A stretch of DNA of 39,928 nucleotides, taken from positions 1-39,928 of the IMG/VR virus record IMGVR_UViG_3300016474_000543, one strand, 5' to 3'. The notes below the pieces were generated by a model. That model was not told the DNA's origin. It worked only from the letters and a program-made list of their open reading frames with translations, and made no database searches. Position 1 is the first letter of the stretch. Each line of letters opens with the position of its first letter. The position numbers and the translations under genes were made by a program. Source of the DNA: a virus. Taxonomy: Duplodnaviria; Caudoviricetes. Below are positions 25,897 to 35,590 of the stretch, one piece after another.

Positions 25897-26397
25897 TTAT
25901 AGGTTTCTCAATTTATTAATTATTGATTCCTTTAGTTTTTCCTTATCTGATTTTTTTATTTCTTTAAAGCTTGGTCCAGCTTGGTTAATTGGGATTTCAA
26001 CTGTTTTTGGTGATTTATTATCTTTAAGGTTAATTGTATATTTTCTATCGTCAGTGAATGTGATAAGGTTGGTATCATCATTTAGTTTTTCTATGGTCAT
26101 TTTTAGTTTTGGACCATCTGGTGATTTTATTCTATGTATTTGCACGTCACCTTCATATTCACCTTGTATGATATGGGAGAGTTGACCTTTATCATCTTTT
26201 TTATCTCTTTCTTTTGAGAATGGTTTTTCTGTGAAGTAATCATTTCTAAGACCAATAACTTCGCAATCGCCACCTACGGTTGCTGACATAAGGTCATCGT
26301 TGTATTGTCCACCAGATTTTCCGCATTCGCATTTTCTCCATCTGGTATGGACCAATCTTACAACATCATCACATTTTTTGCATCTAATAAGTTTCAT
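25897..26397 (-). CDS. protein with N-terminal zinc-ribbon-like motif
   Basis: CKKC...CECG. Confidence 0.85.
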   Translation of the reverse strand: MKLIRCKKCDDVVRLVHTRWRKCECGKSGGQYNDDLMSATVGGDCEVIGLRNDYFTEKPFSKERDKKDDKGQLSHIIQGEYEGDVQIHRIKSPDGPKLKMTIEKLNDDTNLITFTDDRKYTINLKDNKSPKTVEIPINQAGPSFKEIKKSDKEKLKESIINKLRNL

Positions 26398-26402
26398 GTT
26401 AT

Positions 26403-26416
26403 ATAAATATATTTAT
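26403..26416. promoter_or_regulatory. palindromic double ATATTTAT motif (putative phage late promoter) between divergent genes
   Basis: ATAAATATATTTAT; same motif at 28411, 35547, 36092, 37697, 38602, 39349 and 3253. Confidence 0.6.
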
Positions 26417-26421
26417 ATAAT

Positions 26422-27276
26422 ATGAAATCATTTATTAAAAGATTATTAAGGGAGAATTTATTGGATGAGGTATCTGATGAGTTATATGATTTGATTAAGA
26501 GGGAGCATTCAAATGATAGAATTATCATGTCAAAATATGATACCATTGACTTTGATTCAAATAAGGTTGGTGAGCAAGAGGTTGGTTCAAAACCTAAGGG
26601 GTTATGGTATGGTATTGGTGACAGTTGGATTAGATGGGTTAGAAGTGAAATGGAAGATTGGGAGCATGATAATGTTTTTAAGCTTAATATAAATAAAACT
26701 AACATTTTAAAAATATCTCATATTCTTGAATTAAAGTTGTATGACAGAATTTATGGTATGGATTACAATGGAATGAGGATGATGAATTGGGTTGAGGTTG
26801 CCGAGGATTATGATGGTATTGAGATTGCACCATATATTAATGGGGCTCAATTTGAATATGATTGGTATTATGGTTGGGATGTTGCATCTGGTTGCATTTG
26901 GAATAAGGATGCGATAACCAGCATTGATAAATTGGTTGTTGATAATGTTGATGAGGGGTTTTTATCATCAAAGATTGGTAATGTTTTTGATAAATTTAAA
27001 GAAAAATGGGGTAAGATTAAGGAGATTGCTCATAGGGAGGGTAATGAAACACATTTGGCGGCCAACATATTATATAAGTTTTTAAATCCAAAAACCAAAT
27101 CAAGCGTTACCGATGATGAGATTAAGTTTTTAAAAAGCCAATCAAAGGATATATTAAGGATATTAACCGTTGTTGGTTTGGGTGCCGTATCAATGGCAAT
27201 TCCCATTGCGTTGGAGAAGATATTAAATAAGCGTGGCAAGTCCATAATGCCGAAAGATAATATAAATAATGTTTAA
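26422..27276 (+). CDS. two-domain hypothetical protein, possibly virion-associated
   Basis: MKSFIKRLLRE N-terminus; KPKGLWY...YDGIEI...WDVASGCIW domain; hydrophobic C-terminal domain. Confidence 0.85.
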   Translation: MKSFIKRLLRENLLDEVSDELYDLIKREHSNDRIIMSKYDTIDFDSNKVGEQEVGSKPKGLWYGIGDSWIRWVRSEMEDWEHDNVFKLNINKTNILKISHILELKLYDRIYGMDYNGMRMMNWVEVAEDYDGIEIAPYINGAQFEYDWYYGWDVASGCIWNKDAITSIDKLVVDNVDEGFLSSKIGNVFDKFKEKWGKIKEIAHREGNETHLAANILYKFLNPKTKSSVTDDEIKFLKSQSKDILRILTVVGLGAVSMAIPIALEKILNKRGKSIMPKDNINNV

Positions 27277-27742
27277 AAATGGTAATATATTAATAAGGTT
27301 TATTGTAATAATGCTTGCGTTATTGCAACCTTTTATTATTATGTATTATTATGGTTTTTCTTTGCCTTCCATATCATCCGCTTGGTTAACCAATTTGCAA
27401 CCATTATTTATTATAACCAATGCATGCACAAGTTATTTTTTATTTGGTGTTAATGGGTGGAGGATTCCTGGGATATTATTATTGTTATTAACTGCATTTT
27501 CCATTGAGCATTATATGGTTATTCACAATATAATTGCTTCATTATTTTTTTTATCTTGCATTAGGGGGTTATATGGGATACACAGGTTAAGGTGGTATTT
27601 ATTCCCTTATATATTTTCTTTGGTTTTATGGTTATTTTTTGGGATGTTTATTGGTGAGGTATTTGGGGTATTAATTGTGTGTGCGTATCACATTAATTTA
27701 CTATGGGTATCATACCTTTTGGGCAGCAAGAGGGGTCATTAA
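27269..27742 (+). CDS. multi-pass membrane protein
   Basis: 157 aa with several hydrophobic segments. Confidence 0.8.
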   Translation: MFKNGNILIRFIVIMLALLQPFIIMYYYGFSLPSISSAWLTNLQPLFIITNACTSYFLFGVNGWRIPGILLLLLTAFSIEHYMVIHNIIASLFFLSCIRGLYGIHRLRWYLFPYIFSLVLWLFFGMFIGEVFGVLIVCAYHINLLWVSYLLGSKRGH

Positions 27743-28207
27743 TATTCTATCTATTTTTTCTTTAAGACCTTCATATAAATTATTTGGTAGATTATCTTTA
27801 TGGAACCATCCATAGTCAAGATTTTCGTGGTCAAGGGTTGGTATAAATTCTTTTGGTGTGAATCCTTCGTAATAGTAGAATGTTCTATTTTTTGCTTCGT
27901 TTCTTTCCACCTTATCATCTTTAAATCTGATAATATTTGGATTTATTTTAAGTTCCTCAACAATTTCTCTTTTAAGACCTTTAAGTGGTTCTGAGAATTC
28001 ATCTGGTTCTAGCGTTCCAGACATTAGTGACCATTTTGGTTGTGGGTCATTTCTTAGCAATAGGAATACGGTATCATTATTTGATTTAATTAAAACACCA
28101 GCAACTTTTTGTTCTTCACCAGACTCATTTAATGTCCCATCATCGTATGGTGGTTCATTTAGTTTCATTATGTTTTTTATCAGCAGATTTTTTATTAGAT
28201 TTTTCAT
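27710..28207 (-). CDS. NUDIX hydrolase
   Basis: VAGVLI strand; Nudix-box-like GTLEPDEFSEPLKGLKREIVEEL; ENLDYGWF. Confidence 0.82.
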   Translation of the reverse strand: MKNLIKNLLIKNIMKLNEPPYDDGTLNESGEEQKVAGVLIKSNNDTVFLLLRNDPQPKWSLMSGTLEPDEFSEPLKGLKREIVEELKINPNIIRFKDDKVERNEAKNRTFYYYEGFTPKEFIPTLDHENLDYGWFHKDNLPNNLYEGLKEKIDRILMTPLAAQKV

Positions 28208-28406
28208 TTTTAAACGTAACTGTATTTTTTTTATTGCTATGTTTTTCGAATTCTTCCTTATTTATAAATGTCCAGGTATCTTTCCCTTTTTTTCTTTTAT
28301 AATAGACATCAGAACCACCAATATCTCTGATTTGGTATTCGTATTCAGTTTTTTTTGATTCTGAAATTAAAGCCTCCCTTAATATTGTTCTGATTCTTTG
28401 GTCCAT
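28155..28406 (-). CDS. small basic hypothetical protein
   Basis: 83 aa, IRTILRE N-terminus, ATATTTAT upstream. Confidence 0.75.
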   Translation of the reverse strand: MDQRIRTILREALISESKKTEYEYQIRDIGGSDVYYKRKKGKDTWTFINKEEFEKHSNKKNTVTFKNEKSNKKSADKKHNETK

Positions 28407-28434
28407 ATTAATAAATATTTTAACATGAAATAAA

Positions 28435-28461
28435 AAACCCCATTTTTTTGAATGGGGTTTA
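28435..28461 (-). terminator. terminator ending the NAD gene cluster
   Basis: aaaccccatt...aatggggttt. Confidence 0.65.
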
Positions 28462-28521
28462 TTTATATAGTAAACATTAAATATTTGATAATTTACTGTT
28501 TGGTGTTATTTTGACGGTAAA

Positions 28522-28911
28522 TTAATTATTTATCACGATTAGATTACTATTTGATGTTTTAACGATAAAATCTAGAGCCATTTTCATACTATTTTCATCG
28601 TTATAATAAATGGTAACATTATCACTATGTGACATAACGATATATAGGTTTGGTTTTTTAAATACTGATTGTTCAAATGGTGCTGAATAATCAATAAATA
28701 AATTCTCATCGTCTTTAATCACCTCTTCTCTTGTTGGGAATAATTCCCCCCATTGGTTACACCATCTATCATCTTTAGCATCTTCAACCTTAATAAGGTT
28801 AAAGAATGTATATTTTGGTGGTGTTTTTGGAAAAAATTTTGGGTAGTGGGCAACCCTTGCTTTATTTACATATATTTTTTCTATTTTATCTGCATTAACT
28901 ACCAAGCTCAT
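28522..28911 (-). CDS. hypothetical protein
   Basis: start moved to ATG 28911. Confidence 0.8.
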   Translation of the reverse strand: MSLVVNADKIEKIYVNKARVAHYPKFFPKTPPKYTFFNLIKVEDAKDDRWCNQWGELFPTREEVIKDDENLFIDYSAPFEQSVFKKPNLYIVMSHSDNVTIYYNDENSMKMALDFIVKTSNSNLIVINN

Positions 28912-28915
28912 GTTT

Positions 28916-29257
28916 TTATATTTTATTAAAGTAAATAATCTTTGGGAATTCTCCGAATACAAATTTGGTTACATCACATAACCAAATATCCAGATTAAAT
29001 TCCAAACCCATATAAGATTCCATATGATAATAGGCACCTTCGTCCAAGTCTGGGGTTTCGTGCAAGAATATTAGCATATCATACCCATCTATTGGTTCAA
29101 CTGACATATCTAAAATTGTATTACCTTCACCTTGTGCTAGAATATCTAACATGGTATCAGCGCCACAAACCATTTCCAGGGCGGCTTTGGGACCTTCCCA
29201 TTCTGGAAGGTCCGCATACCACCTATTATCTGATTCTTTATAGAATTTGATTTCCAT
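28916..29257 (-). CDS. DUF6717-like protein
   Basis: WYADLPEW...LEMVCGADTMLD...WLCDVTKFVFGEFP. Confidence 0.75.
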   Translation of the reverse strand: MEIKFYKESDNRWYADLPEWEGPKAALEMVCGADTMLDILAQGEGNTILDMSVEPIDGYDMLIFLHETPDLDEGAYYHMESYMGLEFNLDIWLCDVTKFVFGEFPKIIYFNKI

Positions 29258-30795
29258 TATACCAATTCCACTAGTTTACCAAGTTTACCTCTAATTTCAG
29301 CAAGTGTTGTTTGATTGTGGAAATTACCATCATGATAAATTGTTTTTAATTCACCAGTTTGTTCAGCGGCCCAAGTAACTCTATCGATTAGATAATAATT
29401 ACCGTCTAAATCTTTTTTGACACACAATAGACCAGTTGCTGATTTTTTGGTTCCATCATCTGTGATTGGGTCTTTGAAGATTTCTCTACCTTCTGGATTA
29501 AAGTCACCAGCAAATTTTGGTTTGTTAACTTCAACGTATGTGGCTTTCATTGCAAATCCAAATGTATCTCTGGTATTATATTGGTAAGTGTAAGAACCGA
29601 TACCAAGTACAACATTTGTTGATGCGAAACCTTTTGCTTCCAATCTTCTACAGATTTCATCAGCTCTATCGATTGTGATTGAATCACCATAGATTGCTCC
29701 GATATGTGAGTCAAGAACTTTGTAACCTTGTTCGTTGATTGTACCACCGAATACATCCCAAAGAAGTTCAATAACTCCTTTAACTTCTGGTCTATCTTCA
29801 GATGCTAATACATCACCCATAGATTCAGCTTCCAAGTATTCTTTATTTGTGTTTAACCCACAAAGAATATCAACTGGGTCACCAGAGTCAGGACGAATAA
29901 CCAATTTACCATCACGAGACATAATTTCTTCTTTCAAAGTAACTACATGTTCTGTACATACTTTCCAAAGGTCCCAAGTATCAGATACAACTGATAGTAT
30001 TCCAGTTGGGTATGTTTCTAATAATCTTCTGAAAGTTCCGATTTCATCATCTTTTGTTCCAGCGCACATAACTGAGTGTTCTGTTGCGTTAACTGAACCA
30101 GCAACGAATTCTGTTTCACCGTAATATTTTCTAGCACCATAGATTGCTGGAAGAGAATCTGAACCAGAGAATGATGTTAGGTGACCGATTCCAGATGATA
30201 CTGTTGCATCAATTGAGTCCATACCTCTCATTGAGAAATCATGACCTTGCCAATCGATAAACCAACCTCTTTCAGCATCAGTTTTTTCTTGCCAAGATGT
30301 TAGAACTTTTCTATAGTTGTGTGCAATGGTTGCTGAAGTCATTGGTTTCCATAATAAATTGGAAATGATTGTTTCCAAGTAGTTTGTAACCCAATAAAAT
30401 TCTGGAATTGTGTTATAAATTGTAAGTACTGGCACTTTGATTGGTACAACGGTACCTTCTTCAATTGCTTTAACTTTGATTGGTAAATAACCAAGTTCAT
30501 GTAAAGCTTCGAAATGCGATACATCATAATCTGTATTAAGATACATTGATAGTTCACGTTTCATTTCACCACAAACCTCATCTTTTGGTCTTGAAAAGAA
30601 ATCTCTATCAAAAGATTCGTGAATTATTTTCATAACCATTTGTTGTCCAAATGAAACGATTTCATTGCAGTGTTTTGGTGCATGTTTCAAACTTCTTGGT
30701 GTGAAGTTTGAATAAACCAATGATGTACCATTTGGGTATTGAAGGTGGTGGCCCGTTTTGTACCCGTCTGTTAAAAGTAATGGATTAATTCTCAT
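29257..30795 (-). CDS. nadV: nicotinamide phosphoribosyltransferase family (NadV/Nampt-like; Namat of NARP1 by context)
   Basis: LLTDGYKTGH, HDFSMRG, ATEHSVMC, SVVSDTWD, VIRPDSGDP, IYGDSIT, TRDTFGFAMKAT, KDPITDDGTKKS. Confidence 0.93.
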   Translation of the reverse strand: MRINPLLLTDGYKTGHHLQYPNGTSLVYSNFTPRSLKHAPKHCNEIVSFGQQMVMKIIHESFDRDFFSRPKDEVCGEMKRELSMYLNTDYDVSHFEALHELGYLPIKVKAIEEGTVVPIKVPVLTIYNTIPEFYWVTNYLETIISNLLWKPMTSATIAHNYRKVLTSWQEKTDAERGWFIDWQGHDFSMRGMDSIDATVSSGIGHLTSFSGSDSLPAIYGARKYYGETEFVAGSVNATEHSVMCAGTKDDEIGTFRRLLETYPTGILSVVSDTWDLWKVCTEHVVTLKEEIMSRDGKLVIRPDSGDPVDILCGLNTNKEYLEAESMGDVLASEDRPEVKGVIELLWDVFGGTINEQGYKVLDSHIGAIYGDSITIDRADEICRRLEAKGFASTNVVLGIGSYTYQYNTRDTFGFAMKATYVEVNKPKFAGDFNPEGREIFKDPITDDGTKKSATGLLCVKKDLDGNYYLIDRVTWAAEQTGELKTIYHDGNFHNQTTLAEIRGKLGKLVELV

Positions 30796-30821
30796 AAATT
30801 ATTTTATTTATTTTTGTTATA

Positions 30822-31295
30822 TTATTCAAAATTAGTGATAAAAAAGTTATCATGCAAGAGTTTTTCAATATTTTCGTATAAAGGTATATTAAATCTTTCA
30901 CAAACGATTTCAACATTACCTTTTCTCCAGAAACCATCTGGGCAACAAACTAGCATTTTGCCACTTGATGCGTATAGACCCAATTCCAATAATGATATTG
31001 GTGATTTTGATTCTGGTAACAAATATAGAATAATAATATCCGCTTTGTTTAGAGCATCAAGTTCCCAATTAACTTGTTGATAGAATTGTGGGTTTTCAAT
31101 TCTTTGTTCCCATGATGCATCCCATTCTTCTCTTCTTGGGTTTAGGATTGTATATGGTCTATCTGATAATATTTGTGTTATCTTGGTTTGCCAATCTTCT
31201 GAATTACCCATTTCAATGGTTCCAGCTAAGAATATTTTTAGCCAACCTTTATTGCTATTTTTTACCACAGATTGTGGTGGTTTAATTACATTCAT
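30822..31295 (-). CDS. nucleoside 2-deoxyribosyltransferase-like protein
   Basis: IFLAGTI, DWQ, LNPRR, QVNWELDAL, SPISLLELG; start moved to 31295. Confidence 0.85.
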   Translation of the reverse strand: MNVIKPPQSVVKNSNKGWLKIFLAGTIEMGNSEDWQTKITQILSDRPYTILNPRREEWDASWEQRIENPQFYQQVNWELDALNKADIIILYLLPESKSPISLLELGLYASSGKMLVCCPDGFWRKGNVEIVCERFNIPLYENIEKLLHDNFFITNFE

Positions 31296-31296
31296 A

Positions 31297-32208
31297 TTAA
31301 AATATATTAAGTTGTTGTACAAATGAGTGGATTGTTTTATGTTTTGAAAAAGCATCTACAATAGTCCCATCTTCTATATCTCTAACACTGTTTGTTGTAT
31401 AGATACCATCTAGATGTTGCACAAGCGAATCAAAGCCAGCACTGAATATTCCGTGAGTTACAACCAAATATGTTTCAGCTGTTGGTCTGCTAACATGAAT
31501 AGCTTTTGCAAGTTCAATAAAGGTTCTACCACCATCACATATATCATCAACAATAACATATTTCAAATCATTATGTTGGTCCAATGTTGGTATTTCTGTA
31601 TGTAATATTTTACCAGTTTTAACATCTCTAACTTTGGTTGCTGTGATTATTTTATCGATTCCGAATTTCATAGCAACATCAAATATTTTTTTGTATGCAC
31701 CAGCATCTGGTGACACTAAACAAATTTTGTTTAAGGTATTATCACTATTTAGAATAGATTTTAAAGCCTTTAATACCAAATCATCATTACTAATTTTAAC
31801 AAAATTATTAATACAAGCTTCTAGAACATCTGAATGTGGGTCCATAATTCTTACCTCACCAAAGTTTTGTGAATTAATAATCGGTGCAATCACTTGTTTA
31901 ATGTAATTTATTCCACCTTCTTGGAATTTTCTATCACTTCTACCACCTATACAGTATGGTATATATAGATTAACATTTTTAACACCAATTTCTTTTAGTG
32001 CTTGATTAGCACAAATTATTAATTCAAGGTCTCTAAAATTATTAAGTCTTGATTTAATTGTTATTGGTGCTTGTTGTTCTCTTAAACTATAAAATTTATA
32101 ATATCCTTCAACTAACTTTAAAGTTTGTTGACCATCTGGGAATTGACTGATTTCATAGTGACAAGACAATGAGTCTAATTTGTTTACTAAGTTTAAACTT
32201 TCTGCCAT
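31297..32208 (-). CDS. prs: ribose-phosphate pyrophosphokinase-like protein (Adps of NARP1 by context)
   Basis: FPDGQ, PYCIGGRSDR, DPHS, VSPDAGA, IVDDICDGGRTF, VTHGIFS. Confidence 0.9.
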   Translation of the reverse strand: MAESLNLVNKLDSLSCHYEISQFPDGQQTLKLVEGYYKFYSLREQQAPITIKSRLNNFRDLELIICANQALKEIGVKNVNLYIPYCIGGRSDRKFQEGGINYIKQVIAPIINSQNFGEVRIMDPHSDVLEACINNFVKISNDDLVLKALKSILNSDNTLNKICLVSPDAGAYKKIFDVAMKFGIDKIITATKVRDVKTGKILHTEIPTLDQHNDLKYVIVDDICDGGRTFIELAKAIHVSRPTAETYLVVTHGIFSAGFDSLVQHLDGIYTTNSVRDIEDGTIVDAFSKHKTIHSFVQQLNIF

Positions 32209-32227
32209 TTTTTTTATTTTTTATAAA

Positions 32228-32425
32228 TTAATAATCATCTGATACTATTTGTACTGCGGATGCTATTATGAAAAGTTCAATAATAACAACAAAGAATCTA
32301 CCCAACCCACAATAGAATAACCACCAGCCAAGTGGGTTCAAATTAAATGATATAAAAGCACCTAATAAGTAGAAAATTAAATTTCCTAGAATAAAATAAA
32401 TTAATAATTTTGAATATAATTCCAT
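32228..32425 (-). CDS. small membrane protein
   Basis: 65 aa, two hydrophobic segments. Confidence 0.75.
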   Translation of the reverse strand: MELYSKLLIYFILGNLIFYLLGAFISFNLNPLGWWLFYCGLGRFFVVIIELFIIASAVQIVSDDY

Positions 32426-32429
32426 ATTT

Positions 32430-32777
32430 TTAGTTTTTATAAATTAATACACCACAACAGTGTGGTAAATGTTCGTTAATTAATTCAATTTCAACCATAT
32501 CATCATCGAAATGAATATCAAAGGTGTATAATGATTTCCATTTATCATCACCTTCTGTGAATTTAATCTTATCTTTTGGGATTCCCAATTCTTCAGCTAT
32601 TTCAAATAGTTTTTCATTTTGGGTGATAATCCATGACCAACCTTTTGATTTTCCATGTTCTGAAGATAATCTGGTGGTTGTAATCCATACATCATGACCA
32701 GCATCGATAAATTTCTTTGCCAGTTTTTGGTTTTGTTCTTCAGATAATGTTGAATCGAAGTCGAATGATACTTTCAT
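32430..32777 (-). CDS. minimal HAD-superfamily phosphatase-like protein
   Basis: VSFDFDSTL (DxD), ITTTR, K, HFDDD. Confidence 0.78.
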   Translation of the reverse strand: MKVSFDFDSTLSEEQNQKLAKKFIDAGHDVWITTTRLSSEHGKSKGWSWIITQNEKLFEIAEELGIPKDKIKFTEGDDKWKSLYTFDIHFDDDMVEIELINEHLPHCCGVLIYKN

Positions 32778-33034
32778 AGTCTATCAGCAATTGATTTAAT
32801 GATTTCTTCTTCAGTTTTTGTTAACCTATGTCTTGAATTTGATATTTTAATTAGGTATTCCATGAACATTTCATCATGAACTGATAAATCATCATTAGTT
32901 TTCAATATTGACCCTTGTGTTATATAACCATCTTCAACTAATACCTCTATCAATTGAGTTATTTCTCTATCTGAGCAAGCATCAACAAATTCACCTGGTG
33001 AAATGTCTAAATCATCTACATAAAAATCTGGCAT
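32774..33034 (-). CDS. small acidic hypothetical protein
   Basis: start moved to ATG 33034. Confidence 0.8.
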   Translation of the reverse strand: MPDFYVDDLDISPGEFVDACSDREITQLIEVLVEDGYITQGSILKTNDDLSVHDEMFMEYLIKISNSRHRLTKTEEEIIKSIADRL

Positions 33035-33149
33035 AATATTTAATTTTTTTACAAATATATAATTAATATTTCTATTATGCAATTTTTTTTTAAAATGTTT
33101 TGTTGATTTAAAAAATATTCATATATTTGCATTGTTAAATTTAAATAAT

Positions 33150-34298
33150 ATGAGTAAAGAAGCCAAATACACCGAGTTATTTTCGTATCAAAATCCAAAT
33201 GTTGATACATTGTATAAGATATACCAAAAAAACAAATATAATGCTAGAGTATATTATATGAATGAAAGTCATAATATATTTACATCAACTAGATGCGGTA
33301 TTTTTGAGGAACCAAATGGTGATTTTAATATCGTTGCATTTAAAAGAAAATACGGTATAAGTAAGACAAATAAAATATATAATAGAGAAAGTAGAATTTT
33401 TTCAATTATAAAAAAAGATAATAAATTTTATTTTAAACAGGGTAAAAGTATTTTACCGTTAACATATGGTCATTTAATGGGGTTATCTATGGATTATAAT
33501 ATATTACCGACATTGATTAATAAATTACCATGGATGAGATATTTGACTGAGCACAATGTATGTAGAAGTGTATCTTTTAATACTTTATTTAGTAAAAAAA
33601 TATTTTCTTTAGAGAAGGCATTGAGACATGAGTTTAAAGTACCATTACCAGTTGCCAAATTATTATCGGATATGAATGAATATCAAGTATCTTATTTAAA
33701 ATATTATATAGAATATTTGGATAATGTTGAAAATTTGCATAATACGTTACCAACATATGATTTTTCCATCTTTTATGATACAGTTAAAATGGCAAAAACG
33801 TTGGATAAAAGGGTTAACTGTTCTTGGTCACCTAAAAGATTAAAAGAGGAGCATGATAAATGGTCAAAGGAAATAACTGATATTGTGTTTACCGAAGGTG
33901 ATAGAAAATTAACATTGAGTCAGATTTATTTGGATTTTGCTGAATCATCTGGATTTAAGGTATTGCAAACAACAAAGGAAATGAACATTGAGGGTAGAAA
34001 ACAAAGTCATTGTGTGGCAACTTATGTTAATAAAGCTGACAGTGGTAATTGTGCAATATACACAATAAGTGGTTATACACTTGAATTATGTAAACGATGG
34101 GTTGATAATCACACAAAACAGGTATTAGGTATTGCACAATTTAGGGGTTATAAAAACTGTGATGCTCCAAAAGAGTTGTATGATACGGTTAATGCTGAAT
34201 TAACCAAATTCAACGGTATTGAATATTCCGTGGGTAAAAATGCAGATTTAAGATGGCTTGGTAATGACCCTTATGGTGGTGAATTTGATTTATTTTAA
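33150..34298 (+). CDS. PcfJ-like domain protein
   Basis: LKEEHD...EGRKQSHCVATY...YTLE...QFRGYKN. Confidence 0.8.
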   Translation: MSKEAKYTELFSYQNPNVDTLYKIYQKNKYNARVYYMNESHNIFTSTRCGIFEEPNGDFNIVAFKRKYGISKTNKIYNRESRIFSIIKKDNKFYFKQGKSILPLTYGHLMGLSMDYNILPTLINKLPWMRYLTEHNVCRSVSFNTLFSKKIFSLEKALRHEFKVPLPVAKLLSDMNEYQVSYLKYYIEYLDNVENLHNTLPTYDFSIFYDTVKMAKTLDKRVNCSWSPKRLKEEHDKWSKEITDIVFTEGDRKLTLSQIYLDFAESSGFKVLQTTKEMNIEGRKQSHCVATYVNKADSGNCAIYTISGYTLELCKRWVDNHTKQVLGIAQFRGYKNCDAPKELYDTVNAELTKFNGIEYSVGKNADLRWLGNDPYGGEFDLF

Positions 34299-34693
34299 GA
34301 TTCGTAAATCTCTGGGTTTTGCCTTCCGAATATTCTAATTAATTCACCAGCCTTTGCATTTGCTTCGTTCTCTTGCGGTGAAGCATCATCTCCAGCGTGT
34401 GGGTTATTTTCGAGCTCTCCACGCTGGTTTTGTTTATGGTGAACCATTTCATGTGCCAGAGACCTTAAAATGTCCACAATCGCTCTATTTTTGATATATA
34501 CTTTTATTAAGGCTAAACCATTATTATAAACAGCAGTAGTTCTTATACCATCTTTCTTATTTGTTAATATAGCATTAACCTTACCATGAATACCAAGATG
34601 GTCAATAACGAATTCCATGAATTTTTGAACGATTGCCTTTTTTGGTATCATTTCAATCTCTTCTCTTAGTAATTGTTTTATTAATGGTTTCAT
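34295..34693 (-). CDS. HExxH zinc metallopeptidase-like protein
   Basis: LAHEMVHHKQ...ENEANA; MKPLIKQLLREE N-terminus. Confidence 0.8.
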   Translation of the reverse strand: MKPLIKQLLREEIEMIPKKAIVQKFMEFVIDHLGIHGKVNAILTNKKDGIRTTAVYNNGLALIKVYIKNRAIVDILRSLAHEMVHHKQNQRGELENNPHAGDDASPQENEANAKAGELIRIFGRQNPEIYES

Positions 34694-35538
34694 AGGTTCT
34701 TACTAAATCTATTTCTTCTACCCTGTTCAATAGGTTTTAATTCGGCTTTTATATATTTTAACTCCTGTTCTTCTTCTGGGGATAGACCACCCATGTTATA
34801 CTTTTTATTAGTAAGCTCCGATTGTCTATTTCTAAGTTCTTTTTCATCACCAAAATAACTTTTTTTATTTGCTGCTTTTTTCTCATATCTACCTTCTTTT
34901 CCAGCTAATTTAGCTATTTCGTCTGATGTCATTTTAGCTTTTCTAATTTCCTCGCCTTTATCATCTAAATAACCGACCTCTTTACCAATAAATGATAATA
35001 TCGCATCGGATATGTTTTGGTCACTTAATAATTTTATTTTAGCGTCTATCATTGGGTTTTCTCTATTTGTTAATGAAATACAATTTTCAGTTTCAGCTGT
35101 TGGGTATTTAGAGCATGCTTTGGTATACATATATAATATTTTACCAGCGGTTCCACCGTATAAATTATATTCACCAGCTTCAAAATTTTTAGTTGTTGTT
35201 TTACCAATAAAATTAAATTTACCATCAGGTCTTTTATATAGTTTATACTCATAACCACTACCATCAACACCAGAATCATGACTTAACGCCATACCATTTT
35301 CTGGGTTTGATTTTTTAAAGTATTCGGCAAATTTTTTAGCATCATCAATCATATCTGCCATTTCATCAGCTGATAACCCAGACTTCTCATGTGAATATGT
35401 CAACGAAGCTGGAACACTAAGTCCAGGTTTAACTGGTATATCTATTTTGGGTTCATATGATGTTGGTTTGTTAATTACATTAACATCTTGTGTTGCCTCA
35501 AGTAATACCCTTAATCTATTTTGTATAAAATCTTTCAT
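34690..35538 (-). CDS. hypothetical protein, possibly virion-associated
   Basis: 282 aa; MKDFIQNRLRVLLE N-terminus; ATATTTAT upstream. Confidence 0.85.
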   Translation of the reverse strand: MKDFIQNRLRVLLEATQDVNVINKPTSYEPKIDIPVKPGLSVPASLTYSHEKSGLSADEMADMIDDAKKFAEYFKKSNPENGMALSHDSGVDGSGYEYKLYKRPDGKFNFIGKTTTKNFEAGEYNLYGGTAGKILYMYTKACSKYPTAETENCISLTNRENPMIDAKIKLLSDQNISDAILSFIGKEVGYLDDKGEEIRKAKMTSDEIAKLAGKEGRYEKKAANKKSYFGDEKELRNRQSELTNKKYNMGGLSPEEEQELKYIKAELKPIEQGRRNRFSKNL

Positions 35539-35590
35539 ATCATATAATAAATATTTGATTTTGTATTAAAATTTTGGTATATTTGTAAAT

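Noticed and set aside
25344-26185. ORFs 25344-25622(-), 25641-25850(-) and 25778-26185(+)
   Set aside because: Shadow frames; the repeated PKK peptides are just translation of the DNA repeats
29257-32208. NARP2 or ordinary NadV-NadM salvage
   Set aside because: No NMN adenylyltransferase in the window and the partner is Prs-like, which favours NARP1; not excluded elsewhere in the genome
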